Origin: Gnetum montanum
Taxonomy: Eukaryota; Plantae; Gnetophyta
Direction of reading: 5' to 3'
Assembly: GCA_015680685.1 (NCBI GenBank)
Contig: MNCI01002465.1
Span: 909,753-973,752 of the forward strand
Length of the DNA stretch: 64,000 bases
Below the pieces are notes generated by a model. The model saw nothing but the letters and a program-made list of their open reading frames with translations. It did not search any database and was not told the DNA's origin. This document shows positions 14,101 through 29,049 of the stretch, piece by piece. The translations under genes and the position numbers were made by a program. Position 1 is the stretch's first letter, and each line of letters begins with the position of its first letter.

Positions 14101-16494
14101 GATGACGAGGGTAGTGAGAAAATGCGGATTCCCTCCTGGATATTGGGCTCTATAGTATTTAGAAGAGTAGTAGTGATGCTCGAATGAAGTATGACTAGAA
14201 GAGTCATGTAGAGAAATGGGCTACTAAACATAGTATCCATATGGATCAGGCTTCTGGTAAGGGTATTTTTGCCTTAGTGGTGGTATCCCCCACGCCTATG
14301 GGTGTTACCATTGATGATACTACTTATACGATTGTGGTGGAGCTTCACTTAGATAATAGATTTATTGTTGATGGAACTACCTAGGGTTTCCATGAGGATA
14401 AGGCAATGTTATGGATGCTTGCGTTTTTGCCAATATAGGATTTAGAGCATACACTCTAGACTCCTACAAGTGTAACAAAATGGAAAAACATCCCTTAGGA
14501 TGTTAATAGTGGTAGATGTTACATCCACCTTCATCATCTAATTCAAAGTCCACAACCTCCACTAGAATAGCAACTTTGCCCTTACCTCTTTAGTAGGCAC
14601 ATTCAACTTTCTTCCTTCTGTTGCAATCATGATCACTACTTTGCTCCTTGGATTCATATAATAGTTTTAGAGTGGTTTGGAATTTTTTATCCAAAGAGTC
14701 CCACATTTTTTCTACCTTAGCTAAAATTTTAGAAACATACTTTTGAATTGGAAAGGTCTTGTGTTGCATCACCTCATTAAGTAGTGCCTCCTCCTCATTG
14801 TTATAGAACTAGGCCTTCCTTTTTCTAATGGAAGGATCCCAATTGTACTCTTCTGCACTTTTTATTTTTCTCACTATCCTTGTTCTTTAGAAACCTACAT
14901 AATGAACCTTTGGATTTGATAGACTCTAAGTTCTAAAAGTCTCCCTTGGGCATAGACCCTCAGAGTTCTCTTTATTTCTATTTAGAGCCCATCTATGATA
15001 TGGTGGAGCTATTTCCTCTAAGAATAATCATGCCTAGGATATTAGTGTAAAATAGAATAGTAGATACCCATGGATATGTCTAAGGATTTATGTATTTCTT
15101 ATTTTCAACCTTGGATCTACTTTCTCAGGTTGGACACTTGCAAGTATGTTTGATACTTATCATTGAAGAGCTCAAGCATCGCACTCCATTGATAGATTGA
15201 TTCTAGCTCCAAAGATTAGTACCAACTTTCAACTTATTTGATTAGTATCCTTAGGAATAGATTTAACTTTTTCCATTAATTTATGATGTTCTACAAAGTA
15301 TAGGCATCATGAAAGGCTTGAAGATGATTCTATGGATCTAAGTTGTATCCCCCTTCAAACTTAAGGATATTTTTCATATCCAATCACTTGATTCTACTAT
15401 CTTTCACATGCCTTGTTAGGATCCTCATGGCCTTTTTTATGTTCAGAATATTTCATGTTGCAAGCAAAGGCTCATCATAGACATAGCCTTTGTGATGCTC
15501 ATGATGCCTATGATGTTGTTTACTATCCCTTATGTCATGGTGATGGGCCTTCCTTGAATATCCATTCTCCTAGTCTCTACTAGTCCAATGGCCCTATGAT
15601 CATCTCCTTCCCATCAATCACCTCCATCATAGTAATATTCTTTATGAATTTGGTTGGAATTAAAAGAGGAAGAAGAGTATGTTAAAGGTGAAGAATAGGA
15701 AGAAGAGCCAACACTAGCATGGTGCATGTTATTCCCTCTTCTTCAATCATGGACACAATGATCATGTCTATCCACATTCTTTTCTTAACTCCCACCTTTA
15801 GAGTCCCCATGGTCATGGAACCCATTCTTTCCCAAACTAAGATTGTTTTCAATGGACTACAAGTTTTGGCTTAAGCATCCTTCATCAAAGAAAAGGGAAG
15901 GAAAGTCAATGAATTAAGAACTCCTAGAGAAGGAATCCTCTCCATCGTTTTGGTCTAGTAAGAACATAGGTCTATTGAACCATTTCCTCTTTGATGCTTC
16001 ATAGTGCATCTCCTATTGCTGATCTTTCTTACATTGTGCTTTAGTGGGATGATAGTCCTGATAGTAGTGGTCTTGCACAACATATTCAACATTAAGAACC
16101 TGGATGCCCGACCTCATAATAGTTTGGAGTAGCATCGTAGGAATTGATTGATTGGGTAACAACATAATGTTGTCCTCCATGATCCTCCACTGCAACTATT
16201 CATCCTAATGTAGGATGAAGGTGAAGTTGGGCACATACTGATCAATATGAGTATATACCACTCTACATTACTAGGGCACTAATGGATTTGTCCCCCAACA
16301 CCTTTCTTGATTGGATGTATGCTCAAATGGTGGTGGAGAATTAGCTTTGTGAGAAGAAGACATTTTAGTTTACCAAGAAAAATAGTGTGCTTATAATATA
16401 CTTTGTTAGTTGAATGATTTAGCTTTTATGGGTTCATTACAATGTCTTTAACTAATTTCACAATGTCCTAAATAGTACACATAGCTAACTAAAT

Positions 16495-16512
16495 TCCTTA
16501 GCAGCAACACTA
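16495..16512 (-). other. Degenerate primer-binding site (Athila/tRNA-Asp type) of element C
   Basis: Minus strand reads TAGTGTTGCTGCTAAGGA just after the LTR's CA. It differs from TGGCGCCGTTGCCGGGGA only by transitions. Confidence 0.7.
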
Positions 16513-16513
16513 A

Positions 16514-17369
16514 TGATGAGCAGCGAGTATGCCCTACGCCCAACCATCCAAATCACTAGTGTTCACTAAGTGATTTGGTTAAATTTTGTAGACTTTTATC
16601 TCTCTAAGAGCACTGTGTCTATGAGGTGAATCTACAAATCATGATCATTGTCTTCTTCATTCCACTTGGGATGTGCAAGCGTATGGTTAAGTGTAACTAA
16701 GCTATATGATTTTTATCATTTTATCTTTTATGAATTTAATTATCTAAGTGCTAGAAACAAAGTATATTTAATATTTAATTAATATAATTAATCTAATAAC
16801 TAACTAATACTTAACTAATCCTAACATAAGCATCTATTCCCACTTCCCATACACATCCTAAACATGTTGCAATGCTATTGGGTTACCAAGCATTCAGCAC
16901 TACTGGGATTACCATGCATTAACATATGCCCAAGATGGTCCTACTTATGTACATTATTTAATCGATATTAATTTCCTAATTAAAATTCATTAAAGTAAAG
17001 TTCATGAATAATAAATGCAGAAGAAAATATTAATCTATTCCAACTGTTGCAAGGTTTGATTAGAAAAGCTCATCTTTATTACCATTCACACTGAAGTGCT
17101 TAGGTAAATTAGTGATCAAATAAAGATCTATACACTTTTTTGACTCCTATTGTGAGCACTCAGAAAATATTCTAACTTTTGAAAGGAAACACTAAAATTT
17201 CTTTGCTACAACTAATGGAAGATGGATGAGTCATGCATCCAAGTTCTATATTTATAGGCAGGCACTCATCTTGCAATATCGGATATCTAATAGCATAGCA
17301 TGTGCTAGGATATTAGGGCTTCAATATCAAAGATCTAATATCAATGCCTAAGTAGAATAGGATTCATCA
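16514..17369 (-). repeat. 5' LTR of element C
   Basis: TG...CA ends. Aligns over ~750 bp with the solo LTR at 27385-28253, and its terminus resembles the reverse complement of B's LTR end. Confidence 0.75.
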
Positions 17370-17478
17370 AATCCTAAAGCTATATGTTAAGCATAATACT
17401 ACAATCAAATGCAATATTATAAATACCATCAAATGAAATACATTTTATTCAAGTATTTATGATATCTAATGCATATCT

Positions 17479-17525
17479 CACACACACACACACACACACA
17501 CACTCACTCACTCACTTACTCTCAC
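17479..17525. repeat. (CA)n microsatellite grading into (CACT)n
   Basis: Directly visible. Confidence 0.95.
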
Positions 17526-17559
17526 TTATTCATAAATATAACTTATTAAATTATTGATC

Positions 17560-20500
17560 TACTAAGTGTACATGTAGAACATTGGTATAAACATGTTTAA
17601 GATGGAACACATTAAAGTTACTTGTGAACTTATTACCTTGAAGGTCAACTATCTTGTAAACTTTAGGAGCTACAACCTCCATAACTTGGTATGGTCCTAT
17701 GCACATTGGTAAGAACTTGGTTTGAGGACCTTTTTGCCCAAAATCTCTATCTCTTTTAAAGACTAGATCATCTATTTAAAAATTTTAGAAGAAAATTTTT
17801 TATCAAATCATATTTTAATAATGGTTTGATGGTTTGACAAGTTTTCCACTACTTTTAAATGTTCAAGTTTAACATCCCAAAGATCATAAGATCTAGTGAT
17901 AAGACTTTCATCAAGATTTAGAAAATCTAGGATAAATTCATAAGTAAGGATTTGTAAGTTGATGGGTAATATATGTTTTTGACCATGAACTAGCTCATAA
18001 GGAGTGGTCTTAACAGATTCATTTTATTGAATATAATTTGCTCATATGGCCTATTTTACTTTTTCATGTTAAGATTTTGGATTATCATTAATCATATTTT
18101 TAACTACAGCTAGAAGATTTTTTGTGGAAGATTCTGCTAAACCATTTTCTTAAGGGTAATATTCTATAATGCATTTGATTAGAACTTCATTATTCATAGT
18201 CCATTTAGTGATTGCTACTAAGATGAAGGTATGATCACTATTAATCACTCGTATGTATGGATGTCCATAAGAAATTATGATAACTACCTTAAGAAATTTA
18301 ATAACCTTACAAAATGTAGTTCTTCTAGTTGGTCTAGCTTCTAGGCAATTTGTAGTATAGTTAATTACTATTAAAATATATTTAGGTTGTTCTAATGATG
18401 GTGGGTTGATTACTCTAATAAAATCAAGAGTCTATTGTACAAAAGGTCTTACTTCAATAGTGCGTTGTAGAGGTGCTAAGCTTTTAGAATCTCTTTCTTT
18501 GAATATTTGACATTAAATATAATATTTTGATATATTATAAGCATCACTAATCATAGTTACCTAGTAATAACCAATCTTTGTAATCTTGTAAGTTAAAGAT
18601 CAATAGCCTATGTGTCCTTCATTATGTAAGCTATTTATCACATTATCTTCTTTATCTAAATGTGTAAGGAGAACTCCTTTAAAGTTTTTTCTAAAAATAT
18701 TTCCATTAATCATAGTAAATTTAGAGCTTCTAGATATTAATAGTTTATGCTTGTACTTAGGTAAGTTTGAAGGGAAATGGTGAAAATTAGATAATATTTG
18801 ATATCTCCATACTAAGATTATTTAAGTGATTTGGTGCAAATGGAACTAGTTCATTATTTTAAAGCTATAACACACATATAGTTATGGGTTTAAACTCAAA
18901 TGGGACATTTGGTTTTTCATAGGGTTGATGCTCAAACTATTAGTTTGGTTAAACCAATTCCTTTTACTAGTTTGGCTACCTTCCATTGAATATCATATTC
19001 CTAAAACTTCATAATCCATTTGACTATTTTTTTCTAAAGGATCTTAAACCTTTGCTAGAGCAATAGTAGTGGGATCTAGAATAATTACAATAATATTTGA
19101 TTTTAAAAGGTAAAATCGAAACTTCCTTAAAGCTTTAACTACAACATAAGTTGTTTTTCTATGGGAGAGTATCTTAATTTAGTATCTTTAAGTGGTTTAG
19201 ACATATAAGTAATGGGGTGCTCTTTGTGATTAGCTATCTCTTGAGTCAAAATGGCAGGTACTGTATGATCACTTGCAAAGGCTATAGAAAGCAATCATTA
19301 TCATACCAAGGTTCAACTAAAACTAGAGCTTCAACCACCACTTCTTTTATAGGTAAACAAATAATTTTTGCATTTAGAAGTCCATGTAATGTCCTCATCT
19401 TTCTTAGCATTATGTTAAAAGGTCTTACTACTTTATCAAACATAGGAATAAATCACCTAATGAAGTTAATCTTCGTAAAGAAAGCTCTTAAATCCTTTTT
19501 GGATAAGGGATAAGAAATTTCTAGTAATTCTAGAATCCTTATTGGATTAATAGAATTACCTTCTCTTGTCACTATGTAACTAAGGAATTTCTCACTTTGT
19601 ACACTAAATATAGACTACTTAACATTTAAATGTCACATGATATTTCCTACATATCAAAAATATATTTTTAAGATCTTGAATATGGATCCATTTATCACAT
19701 GAAAAAACTATTAAGTTATCTAAATAAATGACAATGTTTTTCTTAATCATCTCTTCAAAATTTTTATTCATGGCATGTTGAAAGATTGATCCTACATTCA
19801 TTTATCCAAAAGGAATTTTCATGTATTGAAATGTTCCCCATTTTGTAACAAAAGTTGGTTTATATTAATCTTTCTTATTCATGAGAATTTGATTGTAACT
19901 TGGGTATCCATCCAAGAATGAGTACATTTGCACACCTTATACTACAAGTAAATCCTCCATAAGTGGGAGTGGATAGTTATTCTTAATGCAAGATGCATTA
20001 CGATTTCTAAAATGAATGCATAATTGTATCTCTACTGATTTCTTACATATGGGGACTAAGTTTGAATCCCAACTAGAATGTCTAACTGGATATATGATTT
20101 TAGATTCCAAGAGTTTAGCAATATTTATTTTTCTTAAAGGTTCAATTTTAGGATTCACTAATCTTAATTGTTATCTAAAAAGTTTAGTTTCAAGTCTAAC
20201 TAGTATTGTATTTGTAATGATAAGTGGATTATAAGACTTTAAATCTATATAGAAGTAACCTAAGAAATCATTGAATTGATGTAGCAGTGTGATTAACATA
20301 CCCTTTTCGTCAAAGTGTAAATGTTTACCTATTAAAATAGGGTGTTCTTAATTTTTATTTTTAATTAAAAAAATTTCAATTTCTACTAATACATGCCAAT
20401 CTTTATGTTGTAGTACTTCCATTTCATCATCAATTTTCTCAAGTTGAGCTTTCCTAGTGATCGCATTGGTTGAAACTTCATTAATAAGGATTGAATCATT

Positions 20501-23500
20501 TGAACAAGTATGTGAAGCTTTAAGAATCTGATCATAAAACAACCCTTGAATAGTAAGAAAATGAATAATTTTATTATCATCAAACACTTGTAAAGATAGC
20601 ACATTATCAAGGATGAAGTAACAATCAACCTTTTCTATGATGATTTTAAGATTCAAAGCTCCATAAGAAAATAGAAGGTCAAGAAAATAAGCAACTTGTG
20701 CTAAAGCATCAAGAATGTGGTTTTCATCAATAGGAATATTTTCTAATGTGATAAGATCAAATTCCTTGAACAATTCTAATATATATATCTTATATGCTCT
20801 CATTAAAGGATCATTATCTTCATAAACATTATTGATTTGATTCACAATAAGTGGTGAATCACTATAAATATTTAACTTTGAAAAGTCAAAGTAAATAGTG
20901 TATTTTAGTCTAGGGATTAAAGCTTCATATTTAGCCATGTTATTTGTCATGGACTTTGAAAAATGAATAGCCTTAAGTTTTGGAGCTTTTGGAGGAGGAA
21001 TTAACATAATTCCAACACCGCACCCTTATTTTATTGAGGTTCCATAAATTCTATTTATTCATGTGTTTAAGTTATTGACATCTAAAAAGAAAGATCTTTG
21101 ATCAATACAAGTATTATCATAATCATAATTTAGAATTCTCATATGAGGATTGGATAGTGAGGATTTCACTAATATCCTTATCTTTACCAGTTAGTGGAGA
21201 GATACCAAATAGAAAATTCTTTTTGTTAGATTGGTGAAAAGGTAGTATGTTGACATGAATTTCAAAAATATTTTTATAAGTTTGGTAATAAGATGTGGAA
21301 TAGGTATGGATATAGGGGTTTATGTTTGGTAAGGAGTCATTCATTGCATCAACATTTTTGTCTAGCTTGTACTCACCAAAATTAAGATTAATGACTCCCA
21401 CAAAGTTTTCACTTTGATGTGTTGATATGACATGAGAGTCATGAGGACTTGAGATGACATAATGATGGAAAGGTTTTCTAGGAATTATTACATGTTAAAA
21501 GCCTTCCTTAATTGGAATAAGACATTGTGACAAATCAAATCTAAACAAATCCATAAACTAGACACCAAAGGTACGTAATAGCAACATGTTATAAGTAAGT
21601 GTCATATCAACTATTAAGATGTCTATGTGACATGAGAAATTAGGATATTTATTTAGGTGAATTTGAACATATTTAAGTGATCCTACTACATAGTTGTTTG
21701 ATCCATCAAGTTGGATAACACTTCTTGTTTGGAAAATCATTTTCACTCTTAAAGTTTTACATACCTCAAGAGGAATTACATTTATAGTAGCTTCTAAATA
21801 CATTAGGCAATTATGAACATTATTTCCTAATATAACTAAAGTGATTAGAATAAAAGGTTGATCCTACTTGGCCTATTAGTGAAGAATGGATGTTTTAAGG
21901 ATTCTAGCTTCGTCAATGAAACGAACTTGTTTTTCATTCATAGGAGTCTTACCTTTATCTCTAGATTTTTTGACCAATCCATGTATAGCTTCTTCTATTT
22001 ATTTAAATTGAAATAGTTCATAAATAGATATGTTTTCCTTAATCCTTTTCAGATCTTCTATAAGATTATAAGTTTTAATCTTACTACTAAATTGAGGTTG
22101 GTTTTGGTTGGAAGGATTATGGATTTGTAATAATGTTCTAGGTTGTGTTTATTGTTGAAATGTACTATTATGGTTTTGTCTACTAGGAGGAACCTATGTA
22201 TTTCTCTTTGGGTAATAAGATTTACCAATGATGTCACTAATCTTAGTAAATCATGCATTTTTAGGGGTAGCTTCATTAATTGTAACTCAAAGGATGCTAC
22301 TAGTTCATTTTCAATTTTTTAAGAATTTCTAAAATCATTAGCAGGACTTTTTCCTTTTGGTTATTTTGTAATTATTGTTTGATATCCTCATATAAGGCTT
22401 GAAATTGAGGACAAGATATCTCATAATGTTTTCTAATGTTATGTAACCTATAATATTAACTAAGTTATACTTTTGCAAGGTTTTCATGTCTTGTTATATT
22501 AATTTCTAGTTTTAACACTGTTGCATTTTAATTTAATTACTTCATTAGAAAGTTTTTGTAGAGTGGTTAAGACATGATTCATTAGAGGTTAATTATTATC
22601 TTTAGCTAAGTTGAAGGTTTGCATTGTTTCAAGAATATTAATAGAAGAGATGGAGGAAGGGTTGAAAATAGATTAAATTAAAGACTTTGATTGATCATCA
22701 TTTAAGCTAAAATTTCGAGGAAATAATGAAGAGGAAGCATTTGAACTTTGATTATTTAGAAGAGAATCAAGGATTTAAGGATTGAATTAAGAAGTATTTA
22801 GGTCTATTGGGGTTTGGAAACCTAGGTCAAGAGTTCTAAATTTGAATTATAAATTGTTCGTGAGAGTGATCTGTTCAAGTTTGACTACTTTGGACATGGC
22901 TCCTTGTAGGTTAGTTATATTAGGATCAAACTTGATTGCATATGTGAAGAAAAAATTAATGGCACAAAGAAAAAGGTTTAAGATTCCTTCCAATTGTAGG
23001 TACATCTCAGTAGGAACATATGATAGTTATTGAAGGAACCTTAAATTGTAATTTCTAGTTGTTTCTTCACTAAGCTTTTAGAGACTAGTAAAGTTATGAG
23101 AAGCTATGGTAGGACTCACAAACTTATCAAATTAAGAGAGAAAATAAGATTTTAAGTTGTTCCAAGTTAAGATTGATGAATTAGAAGGAGTTTGAAATCA
23201 TTGCGTTATGCCCTGGAAGGTAGTGACAAAAGGCCTACATGTCACATCATATTGAACTATGTTGTAAATGCCTAGTAATATCTCAAATGTTTGAATATGT
23301 TGGTAAGAATCATTGAATGAGGGATCAAAAGAAAGGAAAGTATGTTTGAGAGGTTTTGGAATTGGGTTAAAGTTTTGAAAGTTAAAATCATTTGTTACCA
23401 AAGGTTAAGAAGTAGGGTTTGTCATGTTTGAAGAATGTGAGAACATAGATCTAGGTCTTGTAGGAATATGACTTGGAAATTGATTAGCTATGAAGTTTTG

Positions 23501-24500
23501 GTTTGTTTTTTTCTTAGTTGAAGGCCTAAGATATTTACTAGGTCCAATCATAAACTAAGTTAACAATAAAAGATACTTTTTTATATATATTTTTTTACAT
23601 TTTTTATTAGAGTACAAAAGAAAGAAAAGAAAAGAAAATTGAAACTGAAGACAAAATAATAGAGGAATAAAAGCTAGTTAAGGGAAACTATGATGGTGAC
23701 CCTCCTTCAAGCACTAGAGAGAGGTGTTAATATGGAAATTTAGGTCACAATATAAGCTAATGCACAATGCTCAACAATACATGATTTTGCAAGGTTATTA
23801 CCTAGGGCACCTTGCTTATGGGCATAGCGGAATAAGTCTTAGCGAAAGAAGAAAGTGACCACTAATTCAAAAGAACATTAAATTTGAAAATATTAAATTA
23901 TTTAGAAGTAGAAATATTGAAGATGAAATAAAAATACCATAATATTAAGTAAATAATAAAATGACAAAATAAAAGTTCAAGGAAGAAAGACATAGTAGAA
24001 TCATAGTTACAAGTTACAAGTTTTGATAATAGTAGCAAGTAGCCATGACGGTAGTACATAGCAGTGTTGATAGAAAGCATCAATAGATTACAGAAAACAA
24101 CACCATTCGGTAACAATTACTAGTAGCAACAACAACAAGTTGCAGGTTATAACACTCGACAAGAAGTCACACATAGAGATAGTAACATTGATATTGAAAG
24201 GGAGAAGGGATATAGGATGGGAAAGATGGTGAGTTTGAAATAAGAGAGTGGAAGGAAGAAGAAAAATAAGAAGAAGCCTTTTTCTGTTTTCTTGCTTATG
24301 ATTGCTCTTGTACCTAAGAAGGTCTTTGATAGAATTTTCTCCTTCTCATGTTTCCTCTTTTTCTTTTACAAGAAACAAGAAGTGGTAACATATCGTCCTA
24401 CTTATCCATCATACATGATTTCTTTTTCCAAGTGTGGTGGAGTAGAGATCCTCCATATTTCCTTTGTTATCTAAATTTCTTTGTCTTTCTTCATGTTTTC
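17560..24500 (-). mobile_element. Element F: degenerate Tat-clade (TatII-like) Ty3/gypsy element, order gag-PR-aRH-RT-RH-INT; right boundary approximate
   Basis: gag 23198-23401, protease 21558-21803, archaeal-type RNase H 20348-21007, RT 19619-20158 (YPLP, YLDNLIVF), INT ~17600-18700 with IGPY at ~17690. PBS at 23700-23716 and LTR edge TG at 23725. Confidence 0.85.
20348..21007 (-). pseudogene. Additional (archaeal-type) RNase H domain of element F
   Basis: NNMAKYEALI...IYSDSPLIVNQIN...IPIDENHILDALA matches the aRH motifs NN.AEYEAL / GDS.LVV.Q / PR..N..AD.LA. Confidence 0.9.
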
Positions 24501-27384
24501 TAGTTGCCCAAGTAGGAATAATAGAAAATCAGAGCATTTATGAATAAAATCATATATTTCATATTTCAATCAAAGGACAAAGCATTTTTTTGGGTGAGTT
24601 AATTTAAAAATTACAAAAAATAAATTCAAGATCTAAAGAGTTTACAAAACATCATGATTTTTAATCCATGAAATCTAACAAGCACAAAAGCCAAATCATA
24701 TAACTAGGGTAGTAGAAAAGCAAGGAAGGATTAGATACCCTAAGCTAACCAAGGTGTCTTAAAGAGGTTGTGTAAAACTATACATAGAAAATCAACATTA
24801 CCATGAGATCATTATAAATCAAAAACATAGAATTCCAACTAGAAATTCAACAAAGCAACAATTAGATGCAATCATATCATCATCATTTATTTTTTTAACA
24901 TGAAAAATTTTCTCTTTTAAATCAAATTCTCCTATAGAATTGAATACGCCATGTAATCTAAAATCCTAATTCCAATCCCTAGTTTGTTTTACTTTATCAA
25001 GAAAAATAAAATTCTATTTCATAAATCATTCATTCTATTATAGAATAACTTGACATTAAAATTTGCAAACTTGAGAAAAATATATTTAAGTCTCCCATCT
25101 AGGTCTCCTTGGATGAGGAGTTTTGTTGTATCCTTTAATCTCATTCTTACTTCTAGATTTCTCCTTCTCTTTAGTAACATCATCTATAATTTCATTGTCC
25201 TTCTTGGTAGGAGCTACAAGTGTAACATTCTACTACTTCTCAATCAACTTTTGTTTTTTTCCACCAAAGAGAAACTTTTAAACAATGGTCAACAAAACTA
25301 GTAGAACAACCACCAAAACACCAATTGCCAAGTTTGGCTTCTTTTCACCTTTTGCAATTAGATCAAGTATTTTGGGCTTAAAAGTAGCCAAGAAGGAGAG
25401 ATTAGAAATACCATACAAGACATCAAGCACCTTCTTTTGGTAATTAAAAAGCTCACCAACGGTGGTAGAGTCCTCCTCTTCTTGCCTTTTCTTTCCCTTC
25501 TCAATAGTAAACTTGGGTTTATATTTCTATGTCATATACTCCTTAGCCAATGTCTCTTACTAAGAAATAAGAATGTTGTCGAAAAGGATTCCATCCTACA
25601 TAGACTAGATTTTAATACCCACAACATCAATTGGTTCAAACTATGCTTTTTGAAGCTCAAAGTAATCAAGATTGGAAAGTTAAAAATCTTGTTAACATTT
25701 GCTATATTTATTTCCTTTTGTGAAATTTTATTACTTATTAAAAAATATCATTGATAGAGGTTTGCACTAAAATAAAAGAGATACATAAAAGGAAAAAGTA
25801 TCTAAGCATACTCTTTAGCAGTGGATGTTTTTCAAGTTAGGTAAGAATAGTAGCAGCAAAAGCTCTTGCATCAATGGATGACATTGCTTTGAGCCAAGGG
25901 TGGCGATCATGTAGAAGCTCATATATACATAGAAGGGCATTGTTTGTATTTTTGGCAAAGCACTAGTTTGGTGCATTGATGAGGAAGTTTCAAAGTGATA
26001 GTAATCTAGGTAATTTATGGAAAACACTATTATTTGAATTTAGTTTAATTATTTTTTATACTTTGTTATATTTATTAAATAAGCTCTTGTCATAGAAGTA
26101 AGGATAAGACTCTACTCATGGGCAATGTTTGTTACAACATGGCTTATAATGAAAAAGTTGCCAAAAAATATATGCATGACAAAGTTGATCAATATGAAAT
26201 ATCAAGTGCATAATCATAAAATATATCAAACTACTAACATGAATCCTCATGATAGAATATATATACCAAGGATAGTGTTAGCAAAATTATGCAGTTCACA
26301 AAAATCATTATTCACAAATATTACAAGTATAAAATTAACACAAGGAAATAAAACTTAAAACTTACAGAATAGAGTGAGAGAGAAACAATGGAGATAAATA
26401 GCAAAGAAACTTAGCAACTTTTTACAATATCTTCAAAAATATAGAGATACATAGAGATGTTACAAAGATCACAAGTCTATTTTGTTCCTTCCACATAGTA
26501 ATCCTTACACAAGAGACCATACACTCTCAACTTACTACCTATAATCAATCCAACATAGATTTAAATAGACAGATCCAAGATTGTAGTAATATAATCAACC
26601 AATAATTAACTCATACATATCTTCACTTTTCATTTTACAATAATTTTTAGATATCTTAACTCTTCTTTTCATATTTTAGAATATTCTAAAACTAAACAAA
26701 TAGTAGAAGAGAAAAGTAAATTTCAATAAAGTTAACTAATGGTTTTGTTTTACATCTCTAACAAAAAGGATATACATACCAAAGATCCAAAAAATATAGG
26801 ATGTTACAGAGACTGAGTATTAATATGGTAGCAATGGAGTAACCTACTAGCCTTGAGTTATCTCCATGCTTGATAATAAAAATGATAAGGACTTGTGTAG
26901 TCTTACTAGAAAAAAAGTAATTTTTTTAAAAAGTGTGTGCTTCATAATAAAAATGGCAAGGCCTTGTGACCATCTTTTAGGCCAAATTTACCATTGATAT
27001 CTACATGTTATCCTTAGCCATGAAGGAGTAAATAGTGCTAATTGATGACTCAGCCAAATAGCTACTTGCACAATACTTAACAAACCTAAAACTCTATATC
27101 ATATTTGCAGATTTAGATGGATCTTTTTCTACTCAATGAAGTATTAAAAATTAAGATAAATATATATTGTCTGGTGACTCTTTTCTTTCTTATTAAAGTT
27201 TTAAGAATTACTATTTTGACATGTCTTGATAGCTCTACTTTATGATATTTAGCTATTTATTTATATATTAATCATATTAATTTATTATTAGACTAGTGAG
27301 AATCTATTGATTTTTAAATTAATAAAATCCTACAATTCTTTTATTAAGAACTTATTTTTAGGTTTAAAGTATTTCATTATTTCT

Positions 27385-28253
27385 TGATGAGCAACGAGTA
27401 GTCCCTACACCCAATCATACGAATCACTATTTTTGACTAAGTGATCCAGCTGAATTTCATAGACTTTAGCTCTCTAAGTGCACATTATCTAAGTAGTGAA
27501 CTTTAAGGACATGATCGTTATCTTTTCAATTCTAGTTGTGAAGGTACAATGGTATGGTTAAGTGTAATTGAGGCACATGATATGTATAACTTTTATATTT
27601 TTATCTATTTATCCTAAGAATGAAATTAAAGTGATTAAATAATAATCAATCTAGTAACTAACTAAATTCTTAAGCTAATTCTAACATAAGCATCCATTTC
27701 CACCTACTGTACACATCCTGAACATATTGTAATGCCACTAGGTTACCAAGTGTAAATCCTACTGAGATTACCAAGTGTTAATGTATGCTTGAGGTGGTTG
27801 TACTTATGTACATTAATTATCCATGTTTGATTAATTAATTCAATGCATGAAAGTAAATTTCATAATAGTAAAGTGTCTTAATGTAAATATTATGCTAATT
27901 CCAAGTGATGCAAGGTTTATCAAGAAGCTTGTCCTTATTGTCATTCACATGAAGTGGCAAGGTACATCAGTGATAGAATAAAGATCCATACACTTCTCAA
28001 CTTTTACTATGGGTAATTAGAAAATATTCTAACTCTCAAAAGAATAAAATACAAGAGATCTTCTTTGCTATGAATGAATAGATTCCATAAATGCAATGAG
28101 TGCATGCATTTATATAGGCAAGACTAGACACTCCATTGATGCATATGCATCAATGCATCAAATCATGCATCAATAGGTACATGCTGACATAGATGCATTG
28201 ATGGGTACATGTTGATGTGACCTCATCAATGTAGCCAAAATGATGGTTCATCA
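27385..28253 (-). mobile_element. Solo LTR of the element C family
   Basis: TGATGAGC...TTCATCA, homologous to 16514-17369. Flanked by TTTCT / TTCCT (5-bp TSD with one transition). No adjacent PBS or PPT. Confidence 0.8.
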
Positions 28254-28509
28254 TTCCTTCATTAATCTTTGATAATAAACCTAAATGAAGATCCATTGCT
28301 AAAAGATTTGAAAAATATTTCATCATTTCCCTCATACATTGTCATTTTAAGTGGTTGGTAGTGAACATGGGGTGTGCTATTCATCATGTGTAGTAATAAA
28401 GAAAGTAAAGCTCTCATTAACCAAAATTTAAAAGCAACCCAAAAAAGAAAAAAAGAAAAAATCAAAACCAATGTACATTCTCTCATAAAATAATTGAATA
28501 TATTGTGGC

Positions 28510-28582
28510 CATATGATGGCTTAGTAGTAGAACCTTCCATCTATCATGCTAGTGGTTATGGGTTTGATTCCTACCATGCTCA
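28510..28582 (+). pseudogene. Decayed tRNA-like sequence (tRNA pseudogene or SINE head)
   Basis: A-box-like TGGCTTAGTAGTA and B-box-like GGGTTTGATTCC at tRNA spacing. Middle part loosely resembles the tRNA-Asp/Gly anticodon arm. Confidence 0.45.
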
Positions 28583-29049
28583 TATAACTTTACCATACTA
28601 AAGACCAATTAAATATTTTTAAAGTATCCTAATCCTTGTGTTTCGATCTCATATTATTTTCAATGTTTTCTCTTTGATGATTTGTGTAAGATATGAAATT
28701 TCACATGTTAATTTTTTCCCTTGGATGTTCCATTTTTTAAATCAACTTTTGCTTTAATTAAACTAACCTATTTCTTTTTTCACTAACTATCCTTTAGTAG
28801 ATAATTAAATGTTTATTTAGGTAGCTAAGCATTCTATGATAAAATGAAATAAATATATCATGGCTCAACTTCTACATGTAACATATTAACCTATAAAAAC
28901 AAAACACTGGTATCAAGTCTAAGTCTTTACTTTAAATTCATATAGTAAAAATTATTAGGGAACATACTATTTTGGAGGTGTTAGAATCCAAAATAATCAA
29001 AATATAGGTACACCCCAAGATTTATAAAATTTTATAACTTAATGTTACT

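Larger units (their letters stand above)
11800..17369 (-). mobile_element. Element C: 3'-truncated Athila-like Ty3/gypsy element (5' LTR, PBS, gag, PR, RT, start of RNase H)
   Basis: LTR 16514-17369 (TGATGAG...TTCATCA) and degenerate PBS at 16495-16512. Protease fragment 13370-13606, RT motifs ~12150-12950 and RNase H DASNY at ~11900. Confidence 0.85.

Noticed and set aside
24500-27380. Short hydrophobic ORFs and possible further TE relics
   Set aside because: No recognisable domain, termini or TSD could be established by eye, so left unannotated.
16514-28253. The similar LTRs at 16514 and 27385 as the two ends of one element enclosing F
   Set aside because: The PBS lies outside (left of) 16514, the 27385 copy has its own TSD, and F has a different PBS and LTR edge.
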